The position numbers and the translations under genes were made by a program. Positions 43,272-52,304 of a DNA stretch of 64,000 nt are shown here, in pieces (positions within the stretch are counted from its first letter, which is position 1; every line of letters starts with the position of its first letter). Below the pieces are notes generated by a model. It made no database searches. It saw only the letters and a program-made list of their open reading frames with translations, and had not been told where the DNA came from. Origin of the DNA: an uncultured Candidatus Saccharibacteria bacterium (lineage in GTDB: Bacteria > Patescibacteriota > Doudnabacteria > UBA920); the NCBI GenBank assembly GCA_964474825.1, contig CAYYWQ010000001.1, positions 613,609 to 677,608 on the forward strand. Reading direction: 5' to 3'.

Positions 43272-46142
43272 TTAAACTACAAAATTAATAAGGCGATTTG
43301 GCACAAAAATTACGCGCTTAACAGTTTGGTTTTGGACTAAAGACGAAACTTGTTGTTTAACATAATCTTCATTACTGCCTTGGGGTACTGTAATTTTAGT
43401 TTTAACTTTGCCGTTAATTTGCACCACGATTTCTACTGTGTCATCTACGGTTAATTTTTCGTCATGTTCAGGCCAAGCTTCTAACTGCAAAGATTTTTTC
43501 CCGCCAATAATTAAATGCAATTCTTCGGACATATGTGGAGCGAATGGGTAGAGCAATTTTAAAAACGTACTTACAAACTCCTTAGACACCGGCTCGTCCT
43601 TAGTTTGGTTATGGAATTCCATAAACGCGGAAATACAGGTATTAAAATGATACTGTGTTATGTCTTCAGTAATTTTTTTAGTTAGCTTATGCAAATGCTT
43701 TTGCGCTTTTGGGGAATTGGTGGCAAATTTTTTATTTGCTTCTAAATCGTTTACCCAAAACCAAATTCTGTCTAAGAATCTTTTAATACCCACAATGCCC
43801 TGGGTCATCCATGGCTTGGCATCTTCCAATGGACCCATAAACATTTCAAACATGCGCAGGGAGTCTGCGCCAAATTGCTTAACCACGTCGTCCGGGTTAA
43901 TTACGTTTCCCCGGCTCTTAGACATTTTTTCGCCGTCAGGCCCTAAAATTAAACCAATGTTGCGCAGCTTTAAAAACGGCTCACCAAAATCCAGCATTTT
44001 TAAATCGCGCAAGGCTTTAACAAAAAACCTGGAGTAAAGCAAATGAAGCACCGCGTGTTCAGCGCCGCCAATGTAAGTGTTCACAGGCAGCCACTGTTTT
44101 ATTTTTTTAGCAGAGGCAAATTCCTTTTTGTTGTTAGGGTCTGTGTAGCGCAAAAAGTACCAGGAGGAGTCCACAAAAGTGTCCATGGTGTCGTAGTCGC
44201 GCTCGGCCGGTTTTTTACAAACCGGACAAGTAACTTTTTTAAAACTTTTGGAGCGTTTTAAAGGAGACTCCCCAGTTGGCCTAAAGTCTACGTCTGTAGG
44301 CAGTTTTACAGGCAAATCTTTTTCCAGAACAGGCTGCTCACCGCAGTCTTTACAATAAATAATAGGTATAGGCGCGCCCCAGTAGCGCTGCCTCGAAACC
44401 AGCCAGTCGCGCAGTTTATATTTAGTAGTGAGCTTGCCGAATTTTTTTGCAATGCCTATTTTTGCCTGCGCTATGTCTTGACCGGTAAATTCATTGGACT
44501 CAATTAACTTTTCCTGCTCGTTCACTACCTGCTTAATAGGTAATTTATATTTTTCCGCAAATGCCGCGTCACGTTCGTCATGCGCGGGCACAGCCATAAT
44601 AGCTCCGGTACCGTAACCCATAAGCACGTAATCTGCCACCCAAATGGGGACTTTTTCTTTAGTGGCCGGATTAATGGCAAAAGCGCCTTTTAACTCTACG
44701 CCGCTTTTTTCTTTTTCCAGCGCTGAACGCTGAAGTTCTGTTTTACTTTTTGCCGCCTCAATGTAAGCAAAAACTTCCTTGGAATTTTCCACGTGCCTAG
44801 CAATGGCTTTGGCTGTAGGATGCTCCGGAGCCAAGACCAAATAAGTTGCGCCAAAAATAGTGTCGGGCCTTGTTGTAAAAACTTTTACATTTCCTAAGGC
44901 AACATTTAAAACCTCCGGCTCCTCTGTAGCGGTAAAATGCGGGTTTTGTGCCTTAAATTTAAACAAGCTGAAATCAAGATTTTTCTCAAAAGCTTCGCCG
45001 TCCGTTATAGGTACAACATAATCGCTGCTGTCGTAAAGCAAAGTAAAGCAGGTATTTTTTTTAATAACGTCAAAATTAAAACCTTTATTTAAAGCAGCTT
45101 CAACAGAAGGCCTTTTTTTGCCGTCTAGAAAGTTTGCGGAAAAGGGTGTAGAAACTAGTACTACACGATTAAGCTTTATTCCCTGTTCCAAAAGCCTTAA
45201 GGCCACCACGCCGCCAAAAGAATGACCAATAACTACAGTTTGCTCGTCTAAAGTACAATTATTTTTTACAAATTCCGCCTGCTCAACATCGCCGGGCTCG
45301 TTGGGGTTCGGCATAGCCGGCACCTGAACTTCAAACCCCTTGCTTTCTAATTCTTTTTTTAGCCAGGGAATAAAATTTTTCTCCGGGCCTCCGCCGCGGC
45401 CATGCAAAATTACATAGCGCTTTACCGGCGGCTGGGCTAAGGTAAAATCTATTTCCGCGCCCATGCTCTTGCCTATCCAGTTGCGCTGCATAAGCTTTAT
45501 TGGGTCCGGCCAATCTAAATTATTTAACTCGGACAACAACTCTTCAGCGTAATCTGTAATTTTAAAAAACCATTGCGAAAGATTCTTTTGCACAACAGTG
45601 CTACCGCAGCGTTCACATTTGCCGTCTATAACCTGCTCATTAGCAAGAACAGTATTGTCTTTAGGGCACCAGTTAACCGAAGCTTCTTTTTTGTAAGCCA
45701 AGCCTTTTTTGTATAGCTGCAAAAACAGCCACTGCGTCCATTTATAGTAAGAAGGGTCGGAAGTATTAACTTGCCTGCTCCAGTCATAAGAAAGCCCCAG
45801 ACTTTTAATTTGCTCTGTAAAACGTTTAATATTTTTTTGCGTGGTTTTTTGCGGATGAACCCCTTCTTTTATGGCATAATTTTCCGCGGGCAAGCCAAAA
45901 GCATCCCAACCCATTGGGTGCAAAACATTTATGCCGCGCATACGGCTATAACGGGAAAGAATGTCTGTAGCAGTATAACCTTCCGGGTGGCCAACATGGA
46001 GACCGGCCCCCGAAGGATACGGGAACATGTCTAAAATATACTGCTTTGGCCTTTTGTCAACGTCTTTAGCCTGAAAAGTTTTCTTGGTTTCCCAATACTT
46101 CTGCCACTTTTTTTCAATTTTAATATGATCGTATTTTTTCAT
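43272..46142 (-). CDS. leuS: leucyl-tRNA synthetase with an inserted RBBP9/YdeN-like alpha/beta-hydrolase domain
   Basis: Track ORF 43272-46199; preferred start is the ATG at 46142 (MKKYDHIKIEKKWQKYW, 4 nt after the tatD stop); HVGHPEGY class-I motif; about 175-aa insert (nt ~44910-45431) between EIDF and KVFTTRPDT carrying ILHGRGGGPEKNFIPWLKKELESKGFEV and the nucleophile elbow GHSFGG. Confidence 0.9.
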   Translation of the reverse strand: MKKYDHIKIEKKWQKYWETKKTFQAKDVDKRPKQYILDMFPYPSGAGLHVGHPEGYTATDILSRYSRMRGINVLHPMGWDAFGLPAENYAIKEGVHPQKTTQKNIKRFTEQIKSLGLSYDWSRQVNTSDPSYYKWTQWLFLQLYKKGLAYKKEASVNWCPKDNTVLANEQVIDGKCERCGSTVVQKNLSQWFFKITDYAEELLSELNNLDWPDPIKLMQRNWIGKSMGAEIDFTLAQPPVKRYVILHGRGGGPEKNFIPWLKKELESKGFEVQVPAMPNPNEPGDVEQAEFVKNNCTLDEQTVVIGHSFGGVVALRLLEQGIKLNRVVLVSTPFSANFLDGKKRPSVEAALNKGFNFDVIKKNTCFTLLYDSSDYVVPITDGEAFEKNLDFSLFKFKAQNPHFTATEEPEVLNVALGNVKVFTTRPDTIFGATYLVLAPEHPTAKAIARHVENSKEVFAYIEAAKSKTELQRSALEKEKSGVELKGAFAINPATKEKVPIWVADYVLMGYGTGAIMAVPAHDERDAAFAEKYKLPIKQVVNEQEKLIESNEFTGQDIAQAKIGIAKKFGKLTTKYKLRDWLVSRQRYWGAPIPIIYCKDCGEQPVLEKDLPVKLPTDVDFRPTGESPLKRSKSFKKVTCPVCKKPAERDYDTMDTFVDSSWYFLRYTDPNNKKEFASAKKIKQWLPVNTYIGGAEHAVLHLLYSRFFVKALRDLKMLDFGEPFLKLRNIGLILGPDGEKMSKSRGNVINPDDVVKQFGADSLRMFEMFMGPLEDAKPWMTQGIVGIKRFLDRIWFWVNDLEANKKFATNSPKAQKHLHKLTKKITEDITQYHFNTCISAFMEFHNQTKDEPVSKEFVSTFLKLLYPFAPHMSEELHLIIGGKKSLQLEAWPEHDEKLTVDDTVEIVVQINGKVKTKITVPQGSNEDYVKQQVSSLVQNQTVKRVIFVPNRLINFVV

Positions 46143-46146
46143 AAAT

Positions 46147-46986
46147 TCAAATTTGGAATAGTTGCTTGGCATTTTGGGTTGCCACTTCCGCAATTTCATT
46201 TACAGACACATTCTTTATTTGCGCCACGTTCTCTGCAACAAATTTTACGTAAGAAGGTTCGTTTCTTTTTCCGCGGTTAGGAACTGGAGTTAAGTACGGA
46301 CAGTCGGTTTCTAAAATTAATTTATCCATAGGAACCATCTTAACCAGCTTTTCCATATTACCACTTTTGTCAAAGGTAATTATACCATTAAAGGAAACAT
46401 AAGCGCCTAACTCTAAAAACTTTTGGAGGGACTCTGGACTGCCAGTAAAGCTATGGACTTCGAAGCGTAAATTTTCGATACTTTCTTGCTTAAGAATATT
46501 AATTAAATCATCATATAATGTTTCGTCGCCTTTTGCTGGGCGGCTGTGAATTACTAAAACTTTGTTTAGTTCTTTTGCTAGTTGCACTTGTAACCTAAAC
46601 GCGGCTTTTTGCTTTTCTTTAATTGGTTCCGGGTCTACGCCTTCTGGTAGTCTATAATAGTCCAGCCCGCATTCCCCTATTCCCACAACTTTTTTGTCCT
46701 GTGCCAATTTTTTATAAGCTTCATAGTCAAAATGTTCTTCGCGACTTTTAAAATGAGTTTCTTCCTCGTCCACAAACTGTGAATGCGTATGCTCTGGGTG
46801 CAGTCCAACAACCGCGTAAACTCCCTGTTCAAACTGGTTGGCCAATTCTACGGCCTGTCTGGATGTGTCGATTTGCGAGCCGACATTTATAGTCCACACA
46901 CCATTGTCCAAACCCCGCTGCAAAGTTTCCTTTGCATCGTCCTTAAAAGAGCGAAAATTCACATGAGCATGAGTGTCAATTAACAT
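46147..46986 (-). CDS. tatD: TatD family hydrolase
   Basis: 279 aa, IDTHAHV start. Confidence 0.85.
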   Translation of the reverse strand: MLIDTHAHVNFRSFKDDAKETLQRGLDNGVWTINVGSQIDTSRQAVELANQFEQGVYAVVGLHPEHTHSQFVDEEETHFKSREEHFDYEAYKKLAQDKKVVGIGECGLDYYRLPEGVDPEPIKEKQKAAFRLQVQLAKELNKVLVIHSRPAKGDETLYDDLINILKQESIENLRFEVHSFTGSPESLQKFLELGAYVSFNGIITFDKSGNMEKLVKMVPMDKLILETDCPYLTPVPNRGKRNEPSYVKFVAENVAQIKNVSVNEIAEVATQNAKQLFQI

Positions 46987-46988
46987 TA

Positions 46989-47285
46989 TTATTCCTCGTC
47001 CAACTCTGACAAGGCCTTAAGTTGTTTATCTATACGCAAATTTTCCAAAATATTTCTTGCCTCTATTAGCGTATCATAATAATTAGATTCAGACTGCGGA
47101 TTTTCCAACTTGAGCTCCAAAGTAGCTAATTGGGACAACACAGAGGTCCTTTCTTTAGCTAATTTTTTAGCTTCTACAATAATAGCTCTGGCTTCTGCGT
47201 TATTACGCAGCGCCATTTCTCTTGCTTCGGATTGTTGTTGGTCCTTCTGATTTAGCGGCACGTTACTAAGTTCCTCGTGTTTCAT
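46989..47285 (-). CDS. hypothetical coiled-coil protein
   Basis: 98 aa, helical and charged. Confidence 0.4.
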   Translation of the reverse strand: MKHEELSNVPLNQKDQQQSEAREMALRNNAEARAIIVEAKKLAKERTSVLSQLATLELKLENPQSESNYYDTLIEARNILENLRIDKQLKALSELDEE

Positions 47286-47287
47286 AT

Positions 47288-48775
47288 TTAAATCCTTGGA
47301 AACAACCTTGGAATACCTTCCGGTTTTATTTCCTTTAAGGCTTTTAAAATTTGCTGGCTGGTGTGAGGAAGGAACGGCTGGAGATTTACGGCAATTATTT
47401 GCAGCTCATTTAAAAGATGTTTTATGTCTTTTACCGCTTTTTCTTTGTCGGTTTTTATGGTTTTGAATGGCTCAGTTTTTTGAATGTATTCATCACAGCC
47501 CTGGATTTTTTTCCAGATTTCGTCCGCGGCTTTAACTAGCTCGTAATTTTCAAGTAATGGGCTTGATTGATAAGACGGAATGGAAGTAGTGGCGCTAACG
47601 CTATTTGTTACAGCCATTTTTAGTATACGGGAAGTTAAATTGCCAATACCATTGGCAAGGTTAGCATTATAGCTTTCCACAAATTTTTCCCAAGTGTAGT
47701 CCCCGTCTTCAAAGGTTGGAATTTCACGGAGTAGATAATACCGCATAGCGTCTATGGCCTGCTCATTACTAAGACCTTTGGCTTTAAGCTGATCGATAAT
47801 TACATATGGGTCAGCCACATTACCCAGAGACTTGGACATTTTTTGCCCGCCGCTATTTATAAAGCCATGAATTATAATTTGTTTACTGTTTGGAAGACCG
47901 GCAGATATAAGCATAGCCTGCCACATGGAAGACTGCTGGCGGAGATTGTCTTTTCCGGCTATTTGAATTGCATTGGGATTCTCCTGTGTGCCCCAATATG
48001 CATCAAACTGATTCGCTGATTTACTGATTGGCTGATTACTAACCTCTGGCCAACCTAAAGTAGAAATATAGTTAATTAGAGCGTCAAACCAAACATACAT
48101 TACATGGCTGTCGTCTTCCGGTACCGGGACGCCCCAGGGCATTTTTTCTTTCAGGCGGGAAATACTAAAGTCGTTAAGGCCCGATTTTACGAATTGCTTA
48201 ATTTCGTTAAAACGGAAATCCGGCACAACGAAATCTTTATTTTTTTCGTAAAATTCAAGTAGCGGTTGTTCGTATTTTTTAAAACGGAAAAAATAATTTT
48301 CTTCCTCTATTAACTCAATTTCCAAATGCGGGTGAATTAAACAGTGGCCTGTTGGGTCCAGGTCGCTCTCTGTTTTTTCCAGCTCGCAGCCCACGCAGTA
48401 TTTTACGTGGTAGATTTTTTTGTAAATATCACCGTTGTTAAAACAGCGGTTCCAAAATTCCTGGGCTGCAGCAACATGGTGCTTGTCTGTGGTGCGAACG
48501 AAGTGAACGTCTTCTGAAACTCCCAAAGCCGGCAAAAGCTTTTTAAACTTGTCCGCGTATTCGTCCACATATCCCTGGACTTCCTTGCCTTCTTCCTGGG
48601 CTTTGCGGAAAACCTTAACCCCATGCTCGTCCGTGCCCGTGTTAAAAAATACTTCCTTACCCAAAAGTTTTTGGTAGCGGACAATTGCGTCCGCCTGCAC
48701 CATTTCCAAGGCAAACCCCAAATGCGGGTCTGAGTTTACGTATGGCAATGTTGTTGTGATGTAAAACTTGTCCAT
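47288..48775 (-). CDS. metG: methionyl-tRNA synthetase (short form)
   Basis: 495 aa, class I, KMSKS. Confidence 0.93.
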   Translation of the reverse strand: MDKFYITTTLPYVNSDPHLGFALEMVQADAIVRYQKLLGKEVFFNTGTDEHGVKVFRKAQEEGKEVQGYVDEYADKFKKLLPALGVSEDVHFVRTTDKHHVAAAQEFWNRCFNNGDIYKKIYHVKYCVGCELEKTESDLDPTGHCLIHPHLEIELIEEENYFFRFKKYEQPLLEFYEKNKDFVVPDFRFNEIKQFVKSGLNDFSISRLKEKMPWGVPVPEDDSHVMYVWFDALINYISTLGWPEVSNQPISKSANQFDAYWGTQENPNAIQIAGKDNLRQQSSMWQAMLISAGLPNSKQIIIHGFINSGGQKMSKSLGNVADPYVIIDQLKAKGLSNEQAIDAMRYYLLREIPTFEDGDYTWEKFVESYNANLANGIGNLTSRILKMAVTNSVSATTSIPSYQSSPLLENYELVKAADEIWKKIQGCDEYIQKTEPFKTIKTDKEKAVKDIKHLLNELQIIAVNLQPFLPHTSQQILKALKEIKPEGIPRLFPRI

Positions 48776-48778
48776 AAA

Positions 48779-49126
48779 TTAAACTAATTCACATGTAAAC
48801 CGAGGTAAGTCGTTTTTTCTATTTTTTATATTTTTAGATGTTTCTTCTACTACCCGCACCATCACCGGCTCTCCATTTATTGCCGCATTATAACGATATG
48901 GTGCACCGGCTCTGTCTAAAATTAATACAAAATCAGAGGTTTGATGAACCAACTTAAATTTTCTTTTGGAGTCGTAAATCTTGTTAAAAACAATATTATT
49001 TAACAATTCACCGGCTTCAATTTTCTTAGGCCTACCATCAGCAGACGAAAACTCAATAGCATCCTCCCTAGATTGCTCTTTCGGTTGTTGTTCTTCAGAA
49101 TGATAGACTTTTAACGTTTCGCTCAT
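48779..49126 (-). CDS. hypothetical protein
   Basis: 115 aa. Confidence 0.4.
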   Translation of the reverse strand: MSETLKVYHSEEQQPKEQSREDAIEFSSADGRPKKIEAGELLNNIVFNKIYDSKRKFKLVHQTSDFVLILDRAGAPYRYNAAINGEPVMVRVVEETSKNIKNRKNDLPRFTCELV

Positions 49127-49129
49127 AAA

Positions 49130-49172
49130 TAAAAAAGGCTGTTAAAGCCTTATTATTATAGTCTTTTTGGTT
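49130..49172. terminator. bidirectional terminator
   Basis: AAAAAAGGCTgttaaAGCCTT then attattatagtcttttt. Confidence 0.5.
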
Positions 49173-49185
49173 GATTTTAACAACT

Positions 49186-50175
49186 TTAAGGAATAGCGGG
49201 TTTGTTCGGGAAAAATTCGTTAATTGCCACAGTTAAGGCTGTTGCCAAGGGCACGGAAATTATAAGCCCAAGCGGCCCGGCCAGCTTGTAACCAACCAGT
49301 AAAGCCAAAAGCACAAGCAGCGGTGAAGTCCCCACGGTTTTTTCCATAATTTTTGGCACTAGAATATAGCCTTCAAATTCGTGAACAAATAAATACAGTA
49401 CGCCCACCCAAATCGCCAACGTGGGGCTTTGAATAAAACCTATAAAAATTGCAGGCACAGCCGAAAGGAAAGGCCCAATATAAGGAACCACCTCAAACAA
49501 CCCTGCTAACAAAGCCAATACTAACGGATACTTAACATGCAAAATTAACAAACCAATATATGTAAAAACAAAAATACCTAGGGAGATTATAAACTGGCCC
49601 AAAACCCATAAGCCCATTTTCTCCTGGATTTTATTAATTAAATTTAAAGTAAACTCATGGTGGTGCGTGGGAATAAGAGAAGACACAAAAGTCTTCATGC
49701 CTTTTTGTTCGGCAACCAAATAAAAAGAAATAACAATTACGGCAATTGCGTCGAGCGCCCCATTAAAGACACCAAATGTCCCTTTTACCACGTTATCTCC
49801 GCTAAAACCTGCGGCTAAATCTTGAAACCAACCTTGAACATCTAGCCCGCCAAACTGAGTTTTTAAGGCCTCACTGTATTGGGGCAGGTTGTTGGCTAAA
49901 ATTTTAGTCTGTTCAATTACCGGTGGGATCATTAAATACACAACCAGGGCGCTGGAACCAATAACCACGATGTAAACCACAAACACGCTTAAGGCGCGGG
50001 GAATTTTTCTTTCATGCAAATAATCTACCAGCGGCTCTATGGCGGAGGCAATAATTAAAGACATAATTAAAAGCAAAATAACTTGCCTGGTTTCCCACAA
50101 TAACAACAAAGCCAAACCAGCAACAATAACTTTTAGGATTATTTTAGTGGAAGGCTCCAAATCTATATACTTCAT
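49186..50175 (-). CDS. AI-2E family transporter (PerM/UPF0118)
   Basis: 329 aa, multi-TM. Confidence 0.75.
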   Translation of the reverse strand: MKYIDLEPSTKIILKVIVAGLALLLLWETRQVILLLIMSLIIASAIEPLVDYLHERKIPRALSVFVVYIVVIGSSALVVYLMIPPVIEQTKILANNLPQYSEALKTQFGGLDVQGWFQDLAAGFSGDNVVKGTFGVFNGALDAIAVIVISFYLVAEQKGMKTFVSSLIPTHHHEFTLNLINKIQEKMGLWVLGQFIISLGIFVFTYIGLLILHVKYPLVLALLAGLFEVVPYIGPFLSAVPAIFIGFIQSPTLAIWVGVLYLFVHEFEGYILVPKIMEKTVGTSPLLVLLALLVGYKLAGPLGLIISVPLATALTVAINEFFPNKPAIP

Positions 50176-50214
50176 AGCTAAATTTTAACATTACTAAAAC
50201 AAAAAATCCAGCGA

Positions 50215-50403
50215 TTAAGCTGGATTTGATTTGTCTTTTAGGGCCTCTATTGCGTTCTCGCAATAAGCCATAACCTGGTCTATATAAAAATCATTTACAC
50301 CTTCGGCCTTAATATCCCGTATTAAAATTTGTTTCAAAGTCTGGTCCAGTGTTGATTTTTCCACTATAGACACCAGTTCTTCAGCTGTAATTTTTTCTTT
50401 CAT
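50215..50403 (-). CDS. hypothetical small acidic protein
   Basis: 62 aa; followed by terminator AAAAAATCCAGCgattaaGCTGGATTT. Confidence 0.4.
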   Translation of the reverse strand: MKEKITAEELVSIVEKSTLDQTLKQILIRDIKAEGVNDFYIDQVMAYCENAIEALKDKSNPA

Positions 50404-50404
50404 A

Positions 50405-50569
50405 TTAACTTTGTCCTACACCCTTAACTTGTTCAAGAATTTCTTTTAGGGAAACAACTGTTTTACTGCTAATAGAATCCGGAGTAGCCCCAACCATTTC
50501 TGCCATAAAGCCTCTTCCCAACCACTTTTTTGACTCTGGAGAGTTACCACCCTCTTTATTTATTTCCAT
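50405..50569 (-). CDS. candidate 54-aa protein, tightly packed between nfo and the 62-aa gene
   Basis: Hand translation MEINKEGGNSPESKKWLGRGFMAEMVGATPDSISSKTVVSLKEILEQVKGVGQS; stop 1 nt before the next start; below the track size cutoff. Confidence 0.25.
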   Translation of the reverse strand: MEINKEGGNSPESKKWLGRGFMAEMVGATPDSISSKTVVSLKEILEQVKGVGQS

Positions 50570-50578
50570 GTTATTATA

Positions 50579-51457
50579 TTAATTAATTTTGTTTCTTAAT
50601 TTCTTTAATGTTTCAATATCTTTTTTCACTTTATCATGTTCTGTTTCTAAAATCAACGGCAAGTCAAGGCTTTTTGAGTTAAAAAATTCCAGCAGGGCCT
50701 TAAAACCTTTTTCCCCAATTTTTCCTTCGCCAATGTGGTCGTGACGGTCTTTACGGCCACCCAATTCCGTTTTGGAATCGTTAATGTGGGACATTTTTAG
50801 CCACTTTAGACCAATGACTTTATCGAACTTTTTAAAAGTTTCCAGAACGGACGCAGAATCCCGCAAATCATACCCGGCAGAGAAGGCGTGCTGAGTGTCA
50901 AAACAAATCCCACCAAAAGTTTTAAACTTTACCAACGGCTCCATAAGGTAGGCCAGTTCTTCAAAAGTATCCCCAATTACAGAACCGGCTCCGGCTGCTA
51001 TTTCAAGCAAAAACTTTGTTTTTGCTCCTCCGACCGAAGCGTCGGAGTTGCCTTCATACTTTTCCAGCACTTCTTTTAAACACTTTTGTGTTTGGGCAAA
51101 AGCTTTTTCGTCTCCTAGATCTTTGGCGCTGCCCAAATGCGTCATAACATATTTTGCTCCCAAAAAATTAGCGCGTTTAAGTTCTTCTGCAACAACCGAA
51201 ATTGACCCATGGTAAATGCGTGGCTCTTTGGAACCAAAATTTACAAAATACGGGCAATGAACAACAAAAACATCGAGCTGATGTTTTTTCATCTCGTCTC
51301 TGAACTTTGTGATTATTTCGTCCGTTAATTCCGGCGCCTTCCCTCCCATTGGCGGACGCGTAAAAATCTGGAAAGTTTCGCACTCTAAAGCCGCCGCGTT
51401 ACTTGGCGCATTAAAAACTCCTCCTGCCGCGCTTACATGACAACCTATTTTAAGCAT
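50579..51457 (-). CDS. nfo: deoxyribonuclease IV (endonuclease IV, AP endonuclease family 2)
   Basis: 292 aa, TIM-barrel metal-site His/Asp/Glu pattern. Confidence 0.85.
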   Translation of the reverse strand: MLKIGCHVSAAGGVFNAPSNAAALECETFQIFTRPPMGGKAPELTDEIITKFRDEMKKHQLDVFVVHCPYFVNFGSKEPRIYHGSISVVAEELKRANFLGAKYVMTHLGSAKDLGDEKAFAQTQKCLKEVLEKYEGNSDASVGGAKTKFLLEIAAGAGSVIGDTFEELAYLMEPLVKFKTFGGICFDTQHAFSAGYDLRDSASVLETFKKFDKVIGLKWLKMSHINDSKTELGGRKDRHDHIGEGKIGEKGFKALLEFFNSKSLDLPLILETEHDKVKKDIETLKKLRNKIN

Positions 51458-52304
51458 TTTTTTCCAAAACTCCTTTTAAAAAATTAAGTTGGCCTGAATA
51501 ATAATTACCAAAAAATTTGCTTTGCCAAAACTTTAACCCTTTTTGCTGAAGGATGCCTCTAAATGCACTTTGATTCTCCGTAACTGCTAACCGACGGATT
51601 AAACTGACAAAATCATCAAAAACAAAAGAGTGCTGCTTTAAATATACTTGGTTAAAATGCCCAACTAAATCGGATATTTCTTCGATACTTTTACCTAACT
51701 GACTTACCACCGCGGGGTTAAAAGTCATCTCACTTTCTGCCAAGCTTCTCTGCTGTGGCGTTAAAGGCCTCCTGGGTGTTTCTTCAAAACTATTCTGACC
51801 CAAGCCATTTACCATGGCACGCATTAAAGCGTAGCGATAAGCAATTTGGTTAACGTAGTCCAAGCCTTTTGAAAAAGTTTGTTCTGCAAATTTCTGATTT
51901 TCTTTATTTACTTCTGGCCCCATTGCCAATTTAATATTTTTTACAGGATCTATTCCAATTTTTGGTTGTAATTTTTTGGGAACATCGTCAACAAAATAAG
52001 CAGCAATAAAACTGTCACCCGCCTTGTCTATATTATATTTATCTGGGACTCCAGAACTTGAAATCAAGGCCATTTCTTCAAGAGTAATCAAACATGTTAC
52101 GCCCTTGGCTTTGAGCTTTTCACTCAAAGCAAGGGACTTGGGAACTTCGTCCTCCCTGAACGCAGTAGGAAAAATATTTGGATCTTCTTCCGCCAAATCA
52201 AAATAAGCGGATGCCGAAGAATAGCCTTTTGTTCGGGAAAATTCTCTAGTATTATTTCTCCTAGACATCTCAAATTGAAATTTTCCTTCTAGGCTTTCAC
52301 TCAT
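51450..52304 (-). CDS. hypothetical protein
   Basis: 284 aa. Confidence 0.4.
   Translation of the reverse strand: MSESLEGKFQFEMSRRNNTREFSRTKGYSSASAYFDLAEEDPNIFPTAFREDEVPKSLALSEKLKAKGVTCLITLEEMALISSSGVPDKYNIDKAGDSFIAAYFVDDVPKKLQPKIGIDPVKNIKLAMGPEVNKENQKFAEQTFSKGLDYVNQIAYRYALMRAMVNGLGQNSFEETPRRPLTPQQRSLAESEMTFNPAVVSQLGKSIEEISDLVGHFNQVYLKQHSFVFDDFVSLIRRLAVTENQSAFRGILQQKGLKFWQSKFFGNYYSGQLNFLKGVLEKNA

Noticed and set aside
47991-48060. Sequence inside metG (gattcgctgatttactgattggctgattact) resembling the family C CTGATT intercistronic repeat, suggesting a repeat insertion into a coding region
   Set aside because: The encoded segment LGWPEVSNQPISKSANQFDAYWGTQENPNAIQIAGKD aligns in length and position with the normal variable linker of short-form MetRS. 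There is no extra length relative to homologues, so this is ordinary coding sequence with chance k-mer resemblance.
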